Assembly (NCBI GenBank): GCA_964448685.1
Contig: CAYUWR010000011.1
Span: forward strand, 87,074 to 151,073
Length of the DNA: 64,000 nt
Source of the DNA: an uncultured Nitrososphaeria archaeon
GTDB taxonomy: Archaea > Thermoproteota > Nitrososphaeria > JACIWG01
Reading direction: 5' to 3'
In this document: one piece after another, positions 55,186 through 64,000 of the stretch
Layout of the letters: each line of letters opens with the position of its first letter
Position numbering within the stretch: position 1 is the first letter of the stretch
The notes under the pieces: model-generated
Database searches by the model: none
Told to the model about the DNA's origin: nothing
The model's input: only the letters and a program-made list of their open reading frames with translations
Program-made: the position numbers and the translations under genes

Positions 55186-56985
55186 CTACAAGAGGCTGTC
55201 TGATCCAGAGCCATCTGATGTAGCTTCGCCTTCAGCAGAAATCTTGCTCAATTTTCGCTGATAGAGTTCGACGATTTCTTTCACGGTTGTAGCGTCTTCT
55301 GGACCCTTGTCATCCCTTATCCGGCCAGTGAACTTTGGAAACCTCAACGCAAGCCCAGCGTCCTTCCTGAAGACACCATATCCGGCAGTATATATCGGAC
55401 TCAAAGTTATCTCTGAGGCGATGATTTCGACAACCACCTGAGGTGTGAACCAGACGTCCGGCTCTATGCCAGAATTCACCCTGCTGTGGACATGCTCTAT
55501 CCTATATCGATCAAGAAGCACCTGAATCCTGTCGAGGTCTTCGTCCGAGAATCCAGTACCAACCTTACTCACAGACTCGAAGATGTCTCTTTCATCATCA
55601 TATGCTGCCAGCAGGTAGGTTCCATACTTACCTGTCCTCTTACCTTTACCGTGAAACGCGCCGACTATGACTAGGTCGAGGGTGTCGGCGAGCTCACTTC
55701 TATACTCCCTCTTCAGCTTTATCCAACTGAATTCTCTCGCACCAGCTCTATATACACTGTTAAGGTCCTTGATCATCACCCCCTCGCATCCATCAGAAAT
55801 AGCTTGGTTCATGAACTTCTCAACCTCTTCCGGACTTGAGGTGACCGTGTTCGGCACAAGCCTTATCGACGAACCTTCTCTCAAATACTTCGTGAGCATC
55901 TCCCTTCTTGTCCTATACGGCTCCTGCGTCAGGTCTCTCCCATCAACCATAAGGGCGTCGAAGGCATAGATCATGGTCGGTATCCCCTCCATAGCCTTTT
56001 CAACATCATACTTTCTCCTTCTATGCATCAGCTCCTGGAAGGGCCTAAGCTCTCCGGTGTCAGGGTTTACAGCGACAATTTCGCCTTCAACTATTCCAGT
56101 CCTGAAGAGAAGATGTTGTCTCGCAGCCTCAGCCACGTCTGGGAAATGGTGAGTTATATTTTCAAGCCTCCTTGAAAAGAGTATAACTTTCTCACTTACC
56201 TTATGTATCTGAACTCTTTCACCATCCAGCTTGTACTCTACTGAAACATTACCGCCCATCTTTTGGAGCGCTTCTTCGGCGTTCGTCAGCCTCTCGGCAA
56301 GCATCGGCCTAATAGGCCTGCCAACGGATATCTTGAACTCCTTTATCGCATCAACACCCCTTTCAGCCAAGGCTTTCGCAACCAAACCCAAGTCGCTGGT
56401 ACAGTTGTAGGCTCGCTCGATCTGTTCACGATTCACCTTTCCACCCGTGAACGCCTCCGCCAAGCCATCCAGTATCGTGTAGTCCGCAACTCCAAGCCGC
56501 AAAGTTCCAACAACAAACCTGATTATGAACTTCGCCTCCATAGGCTCACTTTCACTTAACAGGCCAGATAGTATCCTAAGCTTAGTTTCTTGAGCCCCTC
56601 CACCGGATGTCCTCGCAGCCCTATCAAGGGCAGCATATACCTTCTCAATCGTGAGAGGCTCCGAAAAGAGTGTCACCTGAGCTTTCTTGGCCGCAAGCTG
56701 CTCGGCGACATCACCAAGATCACCCATCCTCGAGGTAAGCTTCTCAACTTCTTCGACAGGAACCCCTGAAACGTTGGCGAGCGCTTTGGCGGCAAGCTTT
56801 TCTGCTATGCCGATCTCCAATCCAACATAGTCTGGGTAGAGTTTACCCTGTATCATGTAGACAACCTTGTCTATTATGTGAGGATCAGTCTTCCTAAAGA
56901 GTTCAGCCAGTATGCTGATCATTTCCAACCTCTTGGTCGTATCAGAGAGCTTAGTCAACGCGGAAGAAAGCTCGGAAAAAAGCAT
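55186..56985 (-). CDS. lig: ATP-dependent DNA ligase
   Basis: It has the adenylation motif EYKLDGERVQIH, motif EGVMIK, and a C-terminal OB domain. I placed the start at ATG 56985. Confidence 0.92.
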   Translation of the reverse strand: MLFSELSSALTKLSDTTKRLEMISILAELFRKTDPHIIDKVVYMIQGKLYPDYVGLEIGIAEKLAAKALANVSGVPVEEVEKLTSRMGDLGDVAEQLAAKKAQVTLFSEPLTIEKVYAALDRAARTSGGGAQETKLRILSGLLSESEPMEAKFIIRFVVGTLRLGVADYTILDGLAEAFTGGKVNREQIERAYNCTSDLGLVAKALAERGVDAIKEFKISVGRPIRPMLAERLTNAEEALQKMGGNVSVEYKLDGERVQIHKVSEKVILFSRRLENITHHFPDVAEAARQHLLFRTGIVEGEIVAVNPDTGELRPFQELMHRRRKYDVEKAMEGIPTMIYAFDALMVDGRDLTQEPYRTRREMLTKYLREGSSIRLVPNTVTSSPEEVEKFMNQAISDGCEGVMIKDLNSVYRAGAREFSWIKLKREYRSELADTLDLVIVGAFHGKGKRTGKYGTYLLAAYDDERDIFESVSKVGTGFSDEDLDRIQVLLDRYRIEHVHSRVNSGIEPDVWFTPQVVVEIIASEITLSPIYTAGYGVFRKDAGLALRFPKFTGRIRDDKGPEDATTVKEIVELYQRKLSKISAEGEATSDGSGSDSLL

Positions 56986-57094
56986 GAGCCCATCCACCAA
57001 AGATAAGGTTTGTGCCCGCAATAATTAACATTTCCCCCAAACACATAGAAAGGTTAATCTATTTGGGGGATGGTGTCCATTTGGCTGGATAGTC

Positions 57095-57433
57095 ATGGGT
57101 GGCGTAAAAAAGAGAAGTATCACATCAGAGGAGAGAGCTCAGGCAAAGCAGGCTGAGGAACAGTCTTCGAAGGCCAAGCAGGAGAAGAAAGGCGGAAGAC
57201 TTCAGAAGCGTGAAGAATACAGGGACCGAGTTAGAGACGAAAAGGAGGCGTTGAATCAGCTGAAGACGTCAAAATCGTTGACCCTATATTCTGTCGCAAG
57301 AATGTTGGGCATAACCGCTTCGGCAGCCAACCAGTTCTTGAGAAGCCTTGAGGCCAAAGGCGTCATAGTGAAGGTAGGCGGCTTCAGCGGCCACCGCATC
57401 TACAAAATCAGCGCAGAAAGCGCACACCCTTAG
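57095..57433 (+). CDS. rps25e: Ribosomal protein eS25 (S25e)
   Basis: It has a Lys/Glu-rich N-terminus and a wHTH core LTLYSVARMLGITASAANQFLRSLEAKGVI. Confidence 0.8.
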   Translation: MGGVKKRSITSEERAQAKQAEEQSSKAKQEKKGGRLQKREEYRDRVRDEKEALNQLKTSKSLTLYSVARMLGITASAANQFLRSLEAKGVIVKVGGFSGHRIYKISAESAHP

Positions 57434-57667
57434 CGTGAATGCGCCTAAATATCCGCTTGAACGATGCTGAATGGATGGCTCATGTGGCCTGGATGCCCAA
57501 AGGCTCGAATAAGGTTTATCTGAAGTGGTAGGAGTTTCAGCAGAACAAGGAGACAATCGAATACAATGGGTTACATCCCTATGGCAGAGGGCTAATCTGA
57601 AACAGCCAACAACATAATCCTTCATGAAGGTGGAAGGATGTCAGAGTTTCAAAGGCTAAGACCAGCC

Positions 57668-58066
57668 CTACTCCAACCTCTCCACCTTCACTGTCTCACT
57701 GTGGGCAATGTTGTCGAGCACGTCAAGCCCAGCTTCTACAGCACCAAGAATGTTATATTTCCTGTTCACCCTCATGTCTCTGAGAAAGAATACGATAGCC
57801 GCCTCCTGGAGGCCGAAGGCGATTTCCCCCCTCTTGAATTCATCTCTTGTCTTCTCTTTGCCTGCAATGACATTCGTCGGCATTACGACAGTCCAGTTCT
57901 GTCTTACAGCGTGGGTTTCAAACGGCACGATCTTGTTTATCCTCAACAGTGTGGAGGGAGAAAGATGCCTGTAGAGGTTTATCGTCACCTCTCCCTTCCC
58001 AGTCACCGATATTCTAAACTTCTGCCTCGAGACAGTCCCTGTCGCGGACAACCCTGATTTCGTCAA
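57668..58066 (-). CDS. Hypothetical protein (possibly cyclophilin-like fold family)
   Basis: The 132-aa ORF has good coding character. The family assignment is only a weak impression from its size and pattern. Confidence 0.35.
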   Translation of the reverse strand: MTKSGLSATGTVSRQKFRISVTGKGEVTINLYRHLSPSTLLRINKIVPFETHAVRQNWTVVMPTNVIAGKEKTRDEFKRGEIAFGLQEAAIVFFLRDMRVNRKYNILGAVEAGLDVLDNIAHSETVKVERLE

Positions 58067-58168
58067 CTATCAACCATTCCTGCTTATAACGTTTTTCACA
58101 CCTGCACCGAAAGTTTCAAAAAGGAGCCTGCTAAAGGGGAATGTGCTGGGAACGGTGAACATTATTCA

Positions 58169-58438
58169 ATGCCCAAGAAATCTTCTCAAAGGCAGCCTTC
58201 TGACTTCAAGATACTGATCGGCCCTTCGAAGTTGACAAAGTACGAGCGTGCGAGAATAATAGGCGCAAGGGCGCTGCAGCTTTCATATGGCGCTCCATCA
58301 TTTGTGGCACGTGAAGGCCTCTACAATGTTACAGAAATCGCGAAGAGAGAACTTCAAGCCAAGGCTCTTCCTATATCCATAAGAAGGCAGCTCCCAGACG
58401 GAACCTATCAGGATATACCCATACAATATCTACTTTAG
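58169..58438 (+). CDS. rpoK: DNA-directed RNA polymerase subunit K (Rpo6)
   Basis: It carries the conserved motif LTKYERARIIGARALQLSYGAP. Confidence 0.88.
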   Translation: MPKKSSQRQPSDFKILIGPSKLTKYERARIIGARALQLSYGAPSFVAREGLYNVTEIAKRELQAKALPISIRRQLPDGTYQDIPIQYLL

Positions 58439-58513
58439 AGCCCAGATTTCTCAGATGACGAGAACCGACAAGGTTATTAATTGGTATTACATGCCTTTTG
58501 GCAAGGAGAAGCT

Positions 58514-58888
58514 ATGACTAAAGCAAACAAGAAAACAGATGAAGTTGGTAGTGTCGCTCCAGAAACTCCACAGGAAGAAGCCAAGGTTGCTCCCCCCGCG
58601 CCGCAGAGAAGATCAGAGCCGAATGTAATATACATCGGGAAGAAGGGTGTCATGGCCTATGTGCTTTCAGCGGTCCTACAACTGTCCCAGTCTGCCTTCA
58701 TCGTTATAAAGTCAAGAGGACGAGCCATCAGCAAAGCTGTCGACGTATCACAGGTACTTATAAACAGGTTTGGAGAAGGCAAATTCTACGTGAAGGAAGT
58801 CGACTTGGGGACTGAAGCAATACATACTCCAGAGGGGACGACGCGGAACGTTTCGACGATAGACATCGTGGTATCGAAGAAGGCCTAG
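58514..58888 (+). CDS. albA: Alba DNA/RNA-binding protein with a charged N-terminal extension of about 35 aa
   Basis: The Alba core reads NVIYIGKKGVMAYVLSAVLQL...IKSRGRAISKAVDVSQVL...STIDIVVSKK. ATG 58514 is preceded by AGGAG. Confidence 0.85.
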   Translation: MTKANKKTDEVGSVAPETPQEEAKVAPPAPQRRSEPNVIYIGKKGVMAYVLSAVLQLSQSAFIVIKSRGRAISKAVDVSQVLINRFGEGKFYVKEVDLGTEAIHTPEGTTRNVSTIDIVVSKKA

Positions 58889-59092
58889 AACCAGAATACG
58901 AGCAGGCGAAAGATATATGAGAATGAATGGGGCGCGCTAGGCCTAGGCATACACTATTTTTTTGCCAAAGCCTTCCAACTTTTACAAGACGACAGGAAAC
59001 GCTAAAGTTCAGACATTAGTCGCGTATCGGAGTCTGTGTACAGGCTAATACAATAGAATAGAGTAGCTGTAGCCTCAACCTGGAAAAGATTT

Positions 59093-59821
59093 ATGCCCAC
59101 AGACTTGACAGCATACTCGATGGACATAGTAGAGTACTTTCGTTCCCCTAGACTGCAGGTCGCCTTAGACCTACTCAGTTCATCCAAAGCTCTAAAGATT
59201 GCCAGACAGGTGAAAGAAAGTGTGGACATCGTCGAGGCTGGCACACCACTAATAAAGGCTGAGGGAATAAAGGTCGTGTCAAGACTAAAGCGAGCACTAC
59301 CAGGTAAACTGATACTTGCAGACATGAAGACATTGGATGTGGGATGGATCGAAGTATGCATGGCCGCTGATGCAGGAGCCGACATCGTCTCCATTTCAGG
59401 CCTAGCGCCGAACGAAGTCATAGAGGAATCCGTGAAGGCTGCAAGGCAGAAGAATGTGATCATAGAAGCCGACCTACTGGGAGTCAAAGAGCAGGCGACA
59501 AGGGCTGCCGAATTGAAGAAGCTCGGATTAGGTATAGTGTGCGCCCACACAGCAATCGATCAAGAAAAGAGCAAGATCAGCTTCGAAAGCAGAGTCAACA
59601 TGGTGAAGAAGATCGCTGAGGAGATAGGGGTTATAGTTTCTGCAGCCGGAGGACTGAACCTCGACAACGTCGGAGACATCATCGAAGCTGGAGCTAAAGT
59701 GATCGTGGTAGGCAGAGCCATAACATCGTCAGAAGACCCTAGCAAAGCCGCCTCATCATTCAAGAACGAGATCAACGCATACTCCATCTCGAAGGACACG
59801 GGAGCATCTAAAGTGCGCTGA
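59093..59821 (+). CDS. 3-hexulose-6-phosphate synthase-like protein (OMP decarboxylase superfamily)
   Basis: It has the motifs LQVALDLL, VEAGTPLIKAEG and ADMKTLDVG, and the C-terminal motif VVGRAIT. The start could be an internal Met at the MDIVEY site. Confidence 0.7.
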   Translation: MPTDLTAYSMDIVEYFRSPRLQVALDLLSSSKALKIARQVKESVDIVEAGTPLIKAEGIKVVSRLKRALPGKLILADMKTLDVGWIEVCMAADAGADIVSISGLAPNEVIEESVKAARQKNVIIEADLLGVKEQATRAAELKKLGLGIVCAHTAIDQEKSKISFESRVNMVKKIAEEIGVIVSAAGGLNLDNVGDIIEAGAKVIVVGRAITSSEDPSKAASSFKNEINAYSISKDTGASKVR

Positions 59822-59901
59822 GCCAGACATCCTAAGACCATGAACCAAAAAATAATGAAAAGTATTATAAGATATGACTTACCCATATACGTTGACTCGA
59901 C

Positions 59902-60555
59902 ATGTACGAAGGGGAGGCCGAGCTCAGAGCCAAACGGAAAACTCTCTCACTTCTCACAGACGAGTCCCGAAAGGTCGTTGAGGGGGTGAGGATTATACTG
60001 AACACCTACAACGAGTTGTTGAACGACAACAAGGAAGGCATCGTAAGATGCATCGAAGACGCCAAAAGAGTCGAGGATGACGTTGAAAGATATAGAAGAA
60101 GTCTGATAAAAGAGCTTATGAGCATGGGAAGTATTGTCATGAACAGAGAGGACGTCCTCAGATCAGCATATTCTATCGAGGAAATCGTCGACTACGTCTA
60201 TTCAATAACCTTCAGACTGGGTCAAGTGGACTCTAGACTATTCAAGAAATTGAATATTGTAGAAGACGTGGAAGAACTGATCTTGATGGCGATAGATGTA
60301 GTTCAAAAGATGAGTGAAGTGGTGAGAATGCTTACAATTAACCCTCAAAAGGTTCCAGACGTCGCAGTAGAGGTTGAGAACATAGAGAAGGAAATCGACG
60401 TAAAATATAGGACCCTAAGCATGAGACTGCCGCCGACGATGTCCGACGCGCCAGGATCATTCCTGATCCTTGACCTTCTTGACAGAATAGAGACATTATC
60501 CGATGTATGCCTTAGGGCTACAGACGCGATCACCATCTTGGCACTGGGAGTCTGA
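59902..60555 (+). CDS. DUF47/TIGR00153-like protein (PhoU-related helical bundle)
   Basis: The 217-aa ORF is highly helical with an acidic repeat pattern. The family call rests on its size and general pattern only. Confidence 0.5.
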   Translation: MYEGEAELRAKRKTLSLLTDESRKVVEGVRIILNTYNELLNDNKEGIVRCIEDAKRVEDDVERYRRSLIKELMSMGSIVMNREDVLRSAYSIEEIVDYVYSITFRLGQVDSRLFKKLNIVEDVEELILMAIDVVQKMSEVVRMLTINPQKVPDVAVEVENIEKEIDVKYRTLSMRLPPTMSDAPGSFLILDLLDRIETLSDVCLRATDAITILALGV

Positions 60556-60572
60556 TAAGTGAAATAGAGGAT

Positions 60573-61115
60573 ATGTTCACCGGCAAGCTCATAGGAAACA
60601 GGATAATGATATGGGACATCAGAGAAGCCCAGCAGCTGTACAAGATGGGCTTCTTCGGTAAGCCACTTGGAGTACACAAACCCAAGAATGGGGAATTCAA
60701 TACACCCACCATCTTGGACATAATAGAAGGACTATACCTTGCCGAGAGAAGGACCCTGAAGGTCTTAGACGGAGACGGACTGGAAATCTCCGTCAGGAAA
60801 CTGATGAAGATCTGCGAGAAAGAATACAGAGACTTCGAAGAAAAGTATGCAGTCTACAAGGATCTGAGAGACAAAAAGTACATAGCCCTGCCAGGAATAA
60901 AATTCGGCTGCGACTTTGCAGTATACGAGCATGGCCCAGGCATCGATCACGCCCCATACCTGGTGCAGGTGATGAACGGCAGAGACAAGATATCAGCAAC
61001 CTACGTGGTACTCTCTGGGCGGCTGGCAACAACTGTTAGAAAGCAGTTCACGATAGCGGTCGTCGGAGTGGACAAAATACCAAGATATCTGGCTTTTGAA
61101 TGGTGGAAATCCTAG
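60573..61115 (+). CDS. endA: tRNA-splicing endonuclease
   Basis: It has the motifs LSIIEGLYLAERR and KFGCDFAVYEHGPGIDHAPYLVQV. Confidence 0.85.
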   Translation: MFTGKLIGNRIMIWDIREAQQLYKMGFFGKPLGVHKPKNGEFNTPTILDIIEGLYLAERRTLKVLDGDGLEISVRKLMKICEKEYRDFEEKYAVYKDLRDKKYIALPGIKFGCDFAVYEHGPGIDHAPYLVQVMNGRDKISATYVVLSGRLATTVRKQFTIAVVGVDKIPRYLAFEWWKS

Positions 61116-61174
61116 GCCTTTTTAGAAAACTTTTAATCCAGCGTTCAAGGAACCATGGTAAACAGTGACAAGCG

Positions 61175-61471
61175 ATGGCAGACAGTGCCACGGCCAAACC
61201 GTGCACATCAAGATGCGAATTCTTCCGATGCGGCCGGAGAATGCTGGTCTTTCGCGAAGGGAGACCATGGTGCAGTTTTGTCAACGAGCCATGCACGCCT
61301 GAGACATGCGCCTACGTGACATGCCTGAGGGGAAAGCTGATGGCTGGAAACAAATGTGGGCTCACGGTTAAGAGGATAACGATCGAAAAGACTACACCAA
61401 ACGACTTCAAACTGAATGTGAAGCTGCGAAGCAAGGATCTGAGAAAGTTCGGCGACGAAGACCTGGTGTGA
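61175..61471 (+). CDS. Small cysteine-rich protein, function unknown
   Basis: The 98-aa ORF has nine Cys in its first ~70 residues (CTSRCEFFRC...CSFVNEPCTPETCAYVTC...KC) and a basic C-terminal half. Confidence 0.4.
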   Translation: MADSATAKPCTSRCEFFRCGRRMLVFREGRPWCSFVNEPCTPETCAYVTCLRGKLMAGNKCGLTVKRITIEKTTPNDFKLNVKLRSKDLRKFGDEDLV

Positions 61472-61565
61472 TTGCCTTCTGATTGCCGCCTCCAGAGCTG
61501 ACCCCCCGCATTTTTTGCCCAACCTCCCGTGGATAAATATCACGCAAATGCAGCCTGCAGGCTTC

Positions 61566-62507
61566 CTACTGGTTCAAGATCTCACTTAAGCCATAGACTT
61601 CTTTGAACAAGACCAGAATGCCTTGAGGTGGGAAAACTCCATATTCTGTGACGATCAAGTCAACATATTCCGGAGGGGTTATATCGAATGCAGGATTGGC
61701 CACCTTAACCGCCGGATTCCTAGATGCCCACTCCTTCGAAACAACTTCCTCCTTCGGACGCTCTTCTATAGGTATGAGTTCACCCACAAACGTCTTCGGA
61801 CTTATCTTGTAGCTTTCAGCCGCCACCATAAACCTACTTCTAGCCTCCTTCGCTGCCAAAGCCAGCATCGAAGTCCCAATCTTGTTGACGACTGCACCGT
61901 TGACAGAGATCGCGTCAGCACCTATGACGACACTATCGACCTTGTTCATAAAATACCTCGCAGCCGAATCGACTATGAGGGTCACGTCAACACCAAGCTT
62001 AGCCAACCTAGAGGAAGTCAAAAGCCCCTGACGTCTAGGCCTCGTCTCCGTGCAGAAGACCTTAATATCCTTCTTCTGCATGTGAGCTGCCAGGATAACG
62101 GACATTGCGGCTTCGCTGTTGCAGTGGGTCAAGATGACATCTCCACTCTGAATACGCTTTGAACCGATTGAGCCAATCTTCTCCATAGCCAACTCGCTTC
62201 GCTTCAGAAAGCCTTCACAGTATTTCTTCAGAACCTCCTTCAACACCGACATTTGGGACACATTCTGGCCCTCCCTCTCCAAGTTCACCAGGACATAGTT
62301 CACGGCATTGGGCAACGAAACAGCGGTTGGTCTAGCATTCTTCAGATATTCTCCAGCCTCCTTCATCTTCTTGAAAAACTCTTCCTTGCCCACATCCAAG
62401 CCCAAACCATATTCCTCGAGGGCCCTTACAGCAGCTCTGGCGATACGGCCTGCACCTCTTATACGCATCCTCCTGATATCTTCAAAGGTTACCTCTATGA
62501 CCTGCAA
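61566..62507 (-). CDS. Ribose-1,5-bisphosphate isomerase / eIF-2B alpha-beta-delta family protein
   Basis: It has the N-terminus IRRMRIRGAGRIARAAVRAL, the Cys in LTHCNS, and the motifs GADAISVNGAVVNKIGT and NPAFDITP. I suggest the TTG start at 62507, because the ORF-track N-terminal extension runs into a terminator hairpin. Confidence 0.8.
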   Translation of the reverse strand: MQVIEVTFEDIRRMRIRGAGRIARAAVRALEEYGLGLDVGKEEFFKKMKEAGEYLKNARPTAVSLPNAVNYVLVNLEREGQNVSQMSVLKEVLKKYCEGFLKRSELAMEKIGSIGSKRIQSGDVILTHCNSEAAMSVILAAHMQKKDIKVFCTETRPRRQGLLTSSRLAKLGVDVTLIVDSAARYFMNKVDSVVIGADAISVNGAVVNKIGTSMLALAAKEARSRFMVAAESYKISPKTFVGELIPIEERPKEEVVSKEWASRNPAVKVANPAFDITPPEYVDLIVTEYGVFPPQGILVLFKEVYGLSEILNQ

Positions 62508-62550
62508 AGTATTTGATGGATAAAGGAGGTAGGTAAAAAATATTTTCAAT

Positions 62551-62582
62551 AAAAAAATTGGACCTGAAGGTAACACTTCAGG
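62551..62582 (-). terminator. Hairpin plus oligo-T downstream of the TRAM gene
   Basis: Read on the minus strand, CCTGAAG-tgttac-CTTCAGG (62563-62582) is followed by TTTTTTT (62551-62557). Another T6 run lies at 62591-62596, directly after the stop. Confidence 0.35.
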
Positions 62583-62600
62583 ATCTGCCTAAAAAATTTT

Positions 62601-62858
62601 CTATTGCACCACTTCGCCCACTGCGTGGCTAGGAAGCACTTGCACTATCTTTGCCTTGATCTGGTCACCCTTGCTCGTATGCGGCACAAATATGACGTAT
62701 CCTTGCAGTCTGGCGAGACCATCTCCCCTCCTGCTGATTTCGCTTATAGTCAAGTCGACGACATCTCCAACCTTCACAGGCTTTTCCTTGAAATAAGATG
62801 ATGGGAACTTCCTCCCAGGCCTTCTTCCACGCATTTCTGAGCCTTCTTCCTCTGCCAA
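62601..62858 (-). CDS. TRAM domain protein
   Basis: It has a basic N-terminus and a TRAM OB-fold: VKVGDVVDLTISEISRRGDGLARLQGYVIFVPHTSKGDQIKAKIVQV. Confidence 0.75.
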   Translation of the reverse strand: MAEEEGSEMRGRRPGRKFPSSYFKEKPVKVGDVVDLTISEISRRGDGLARLQGYVIFVPHTSKGDQIKAKIVQVLPSHAVGEVVQ

Positions 62859-62980
62859 GTTGTATCTTTGCCTCTCCCCCTCATGATTACGTTGAGTATT
62901 TAAACCTTAATATGTTGAGACAGACACGGCACATTCTGGCAGGGGCATAGTTTAAAAACTTACCCTCTTATTCCCATCCG

Positions 62981-63784
62981 ATGACAGACAACATTGTCAG
63001 AGAAGGAGATAACATACTAATCTATGCGTTGAAGGGAAAGAGTTGGCTGGTGAAGGCTCAGCATGGTGCAAAACTGCACACTCATCTGGGGATAATAGAG
63101 TTGTCTAACTTGATCGGCAGAGAATACGGTGAGATCTTGAAAACGACTTTGGCAGCGGAAGTTGCGATATTGAGACCGAACATCGTAGACTACGTCATGA
63201 AAAGCGCCAGAAGCACTCAGATAGTCTACCCTAAAGATATCGGCTTCATCGTGATGGAGACCGGCTTATGCCCTGGTGCTTCGGTGGTGGAAGCGGGGAC
63301 AGGAAGCGGTGTCCTGACCACAGCCCTCGCAAACTTCGTTAGGCCAAACGGCCACATTTACAGTTACGAGATAAGGGCTGAATTTGTTGAAGTCGCCAGA
63401 AGAAACCTTGCAAGAGCCGGTGTCGAAGAATGGGTTACGATAAAGAACAAGGATGCCTCACTGGGATTTGATGAAAAAGAAGTTGACGTGGCAATCGTAG
63501 ACGTCGGAGACCCATGTACTCTCGCGGAACCAGCCTACAATGCACTCAAAGGAAGTGGATCCTTCGCGGCAATATTGCCCACAGTGAATCAGGCAGAGAA
63601 GTTGAATTCGACGCTTCGAAGCCTAGGCTTCGTGAACATCCACACTGTGGAGCTGATGCTCAGAAAAATGGAAGTGAGAGAGGGGATGACGAGGCCGTCG
63701 ACTAGGATGGTAGCACACACCGCATACCTCATGTTCGCTCGGAAGACGTCAGCCAAGAAAGAAGCCCTCCATGTGAGTCAGTAG
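62981..63784 (+). CDS. trmI: tRNA (adenine-N1)-methyltransferase, TrmI/Trm61 family
   Basis: It has the motif TQIVYPKDIGFI, the SAM motif VVEAGTGSGVLTTALA, and the motif DVAIVDVGDP. Confidence 0.85.
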   Translation: MTDNIVREGDNILIYALKGKSWLVKAQHGAKLHTHLGIIELSNLIGREYGEILKTTLAAEVAILRPNIVDYVMKSARSTQIVYPKDIGFIVMETGLCPGASVVEAGTGSGVLTTALANFVRPNGHIYSYEIRAEFVEVARRNLARAGVEEWVTIKNKDASLGFDEKEVDVAIVDVGDPCTLAEPAYNALKGSGSFAAILPTVNQAEKLNSTLRSLGFVNIHTVELMLRKMEVREGMTRPSTRMVAHTAYLMFARKTSAKKEALHVSQ

Positions 63785-63870
63785 AAAGCGGCGACAATAG
63801 ACATGGTAGCCTTCACTTCAGTCTGCAATGGGCGCATGAATGGGTGAATAGACGACAAGAAAAGTTAAAA

Positions 63871-64000
63871 CATGCGATTTAGAAGAATCGAGCGAGGGAA
63901 TTTGACAAAGGATCAGGTGGAGGACATCGCCTTCCTCTCATATCTGACTCCATTCTTCGCAGGGATCATCGGATGGATCTACTATTATATCATTCTTGGC
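63871..64000 (+). CDS. Start of a membrane protein (3' end beyond window)
   Basis: ATG at 63871 gives MRFRRIERGNLTKDQVEDIAFLSYLTPFFAGIIGWIYYYIILG, which stays open to the window edge. Confidence 0.3.

Noticed and set aside
57434-57667. A 234-nt convergent gap after rps25e, searched for tRNA and C/D-box sRNA. A 113-aa antisense ORF (57284-57625) also lies here.
   Set aside because: No RUGAUGA/CUGA pairs occur at proper spacing, and no cloverleaf can be drawn. The ORF overlaps rps25e antisense and is Cys/His/Ser-rich junk.
1-64000. CRISPR arrays, rRNA genes, integrases/transposases and inteins in large genes (lig, helicase, guaA, hppA).
   Set aside because: I saw no regularly spaced direct repeats and no rRNA-like conserved blocks. 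No recombinase motifs are present. All large proteins have family-typical lengths and contiguous motifs, with no intein-sized insertions.

Overview
This is a gene-dense archaeal chromosomal segment. Archaeal markers include ribosomal protein S25e, RNA polymerase subunit K, Alba, the tRNA-splicing endonuclease EndA, deoxyhypusine synthase, the archaeal phosphoglycerate mutase ApgM, a crenarchaeal-type bifunctional PGI/PMI, ATP-dependent DNA ligase, TrmI and a TRAM protein. AT-rich TATA-like elements often sit about 25-30 nt upstream of starts, and TTG/GTG starts are frequent. By inference the host is probably a thermophilic member of the Thermoproteota/TACK group: it has a PfkA-type PFK plus a membrane H+-PPase, as in Thermoproteus. 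Most of the window is housekeeping and central metabolism: inositol-phosphate synthase, GGT, a GH4 glycosidase, GMP synthase, a polyol/sugar dehydrogenase-aldolase-kinase trio, and a glycogen-type cluster with GH57, two GT4, a GalT-like enzyme and PGI/PMI.

The parts most worth a second look are:
1. A threonine-synthase-fold protein at about 30.3-31.7 kb that has lost the catalytic lysine and is fused to a PadR winged helix. It has no canonical start codon for its zinc ribbon. It is divergent from an operon encoding an S-component-like membrane protein and an aminotransferase.
2. A visibly AT-richer accessory islet at about 32.1-36.6 kb. It holds a HepT toxin killed by one in-frame TAA next to an intact MNT, an Arch_ATPase preceded by tandem palindromes, vapBC, and a second HEPN/MNT pair.
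3. A GC-rich, hairpin-dense non-coding stretch at about 31.99-32.25 kb, next to the islet, that looks like an unclassified structured RNA.
4. A MacB-type ABC transporter operon encoding a surface protein of about 1200 aa with repeated domains. It is split by an AT-rich insert of about 650 bp that carries a frameshifted LAGLIDADG homing-endonuclease remnant.
5. A ykoEDC-like ECF transporter in one operon with an adenine-deaminase-family amidohydrolase.
6. A COG2403 P-loop protein translationally coupled to a nucleoside phosphorylase.

I found no rRNA, convincing tRNA, CRISPR array, integrase or transposase.
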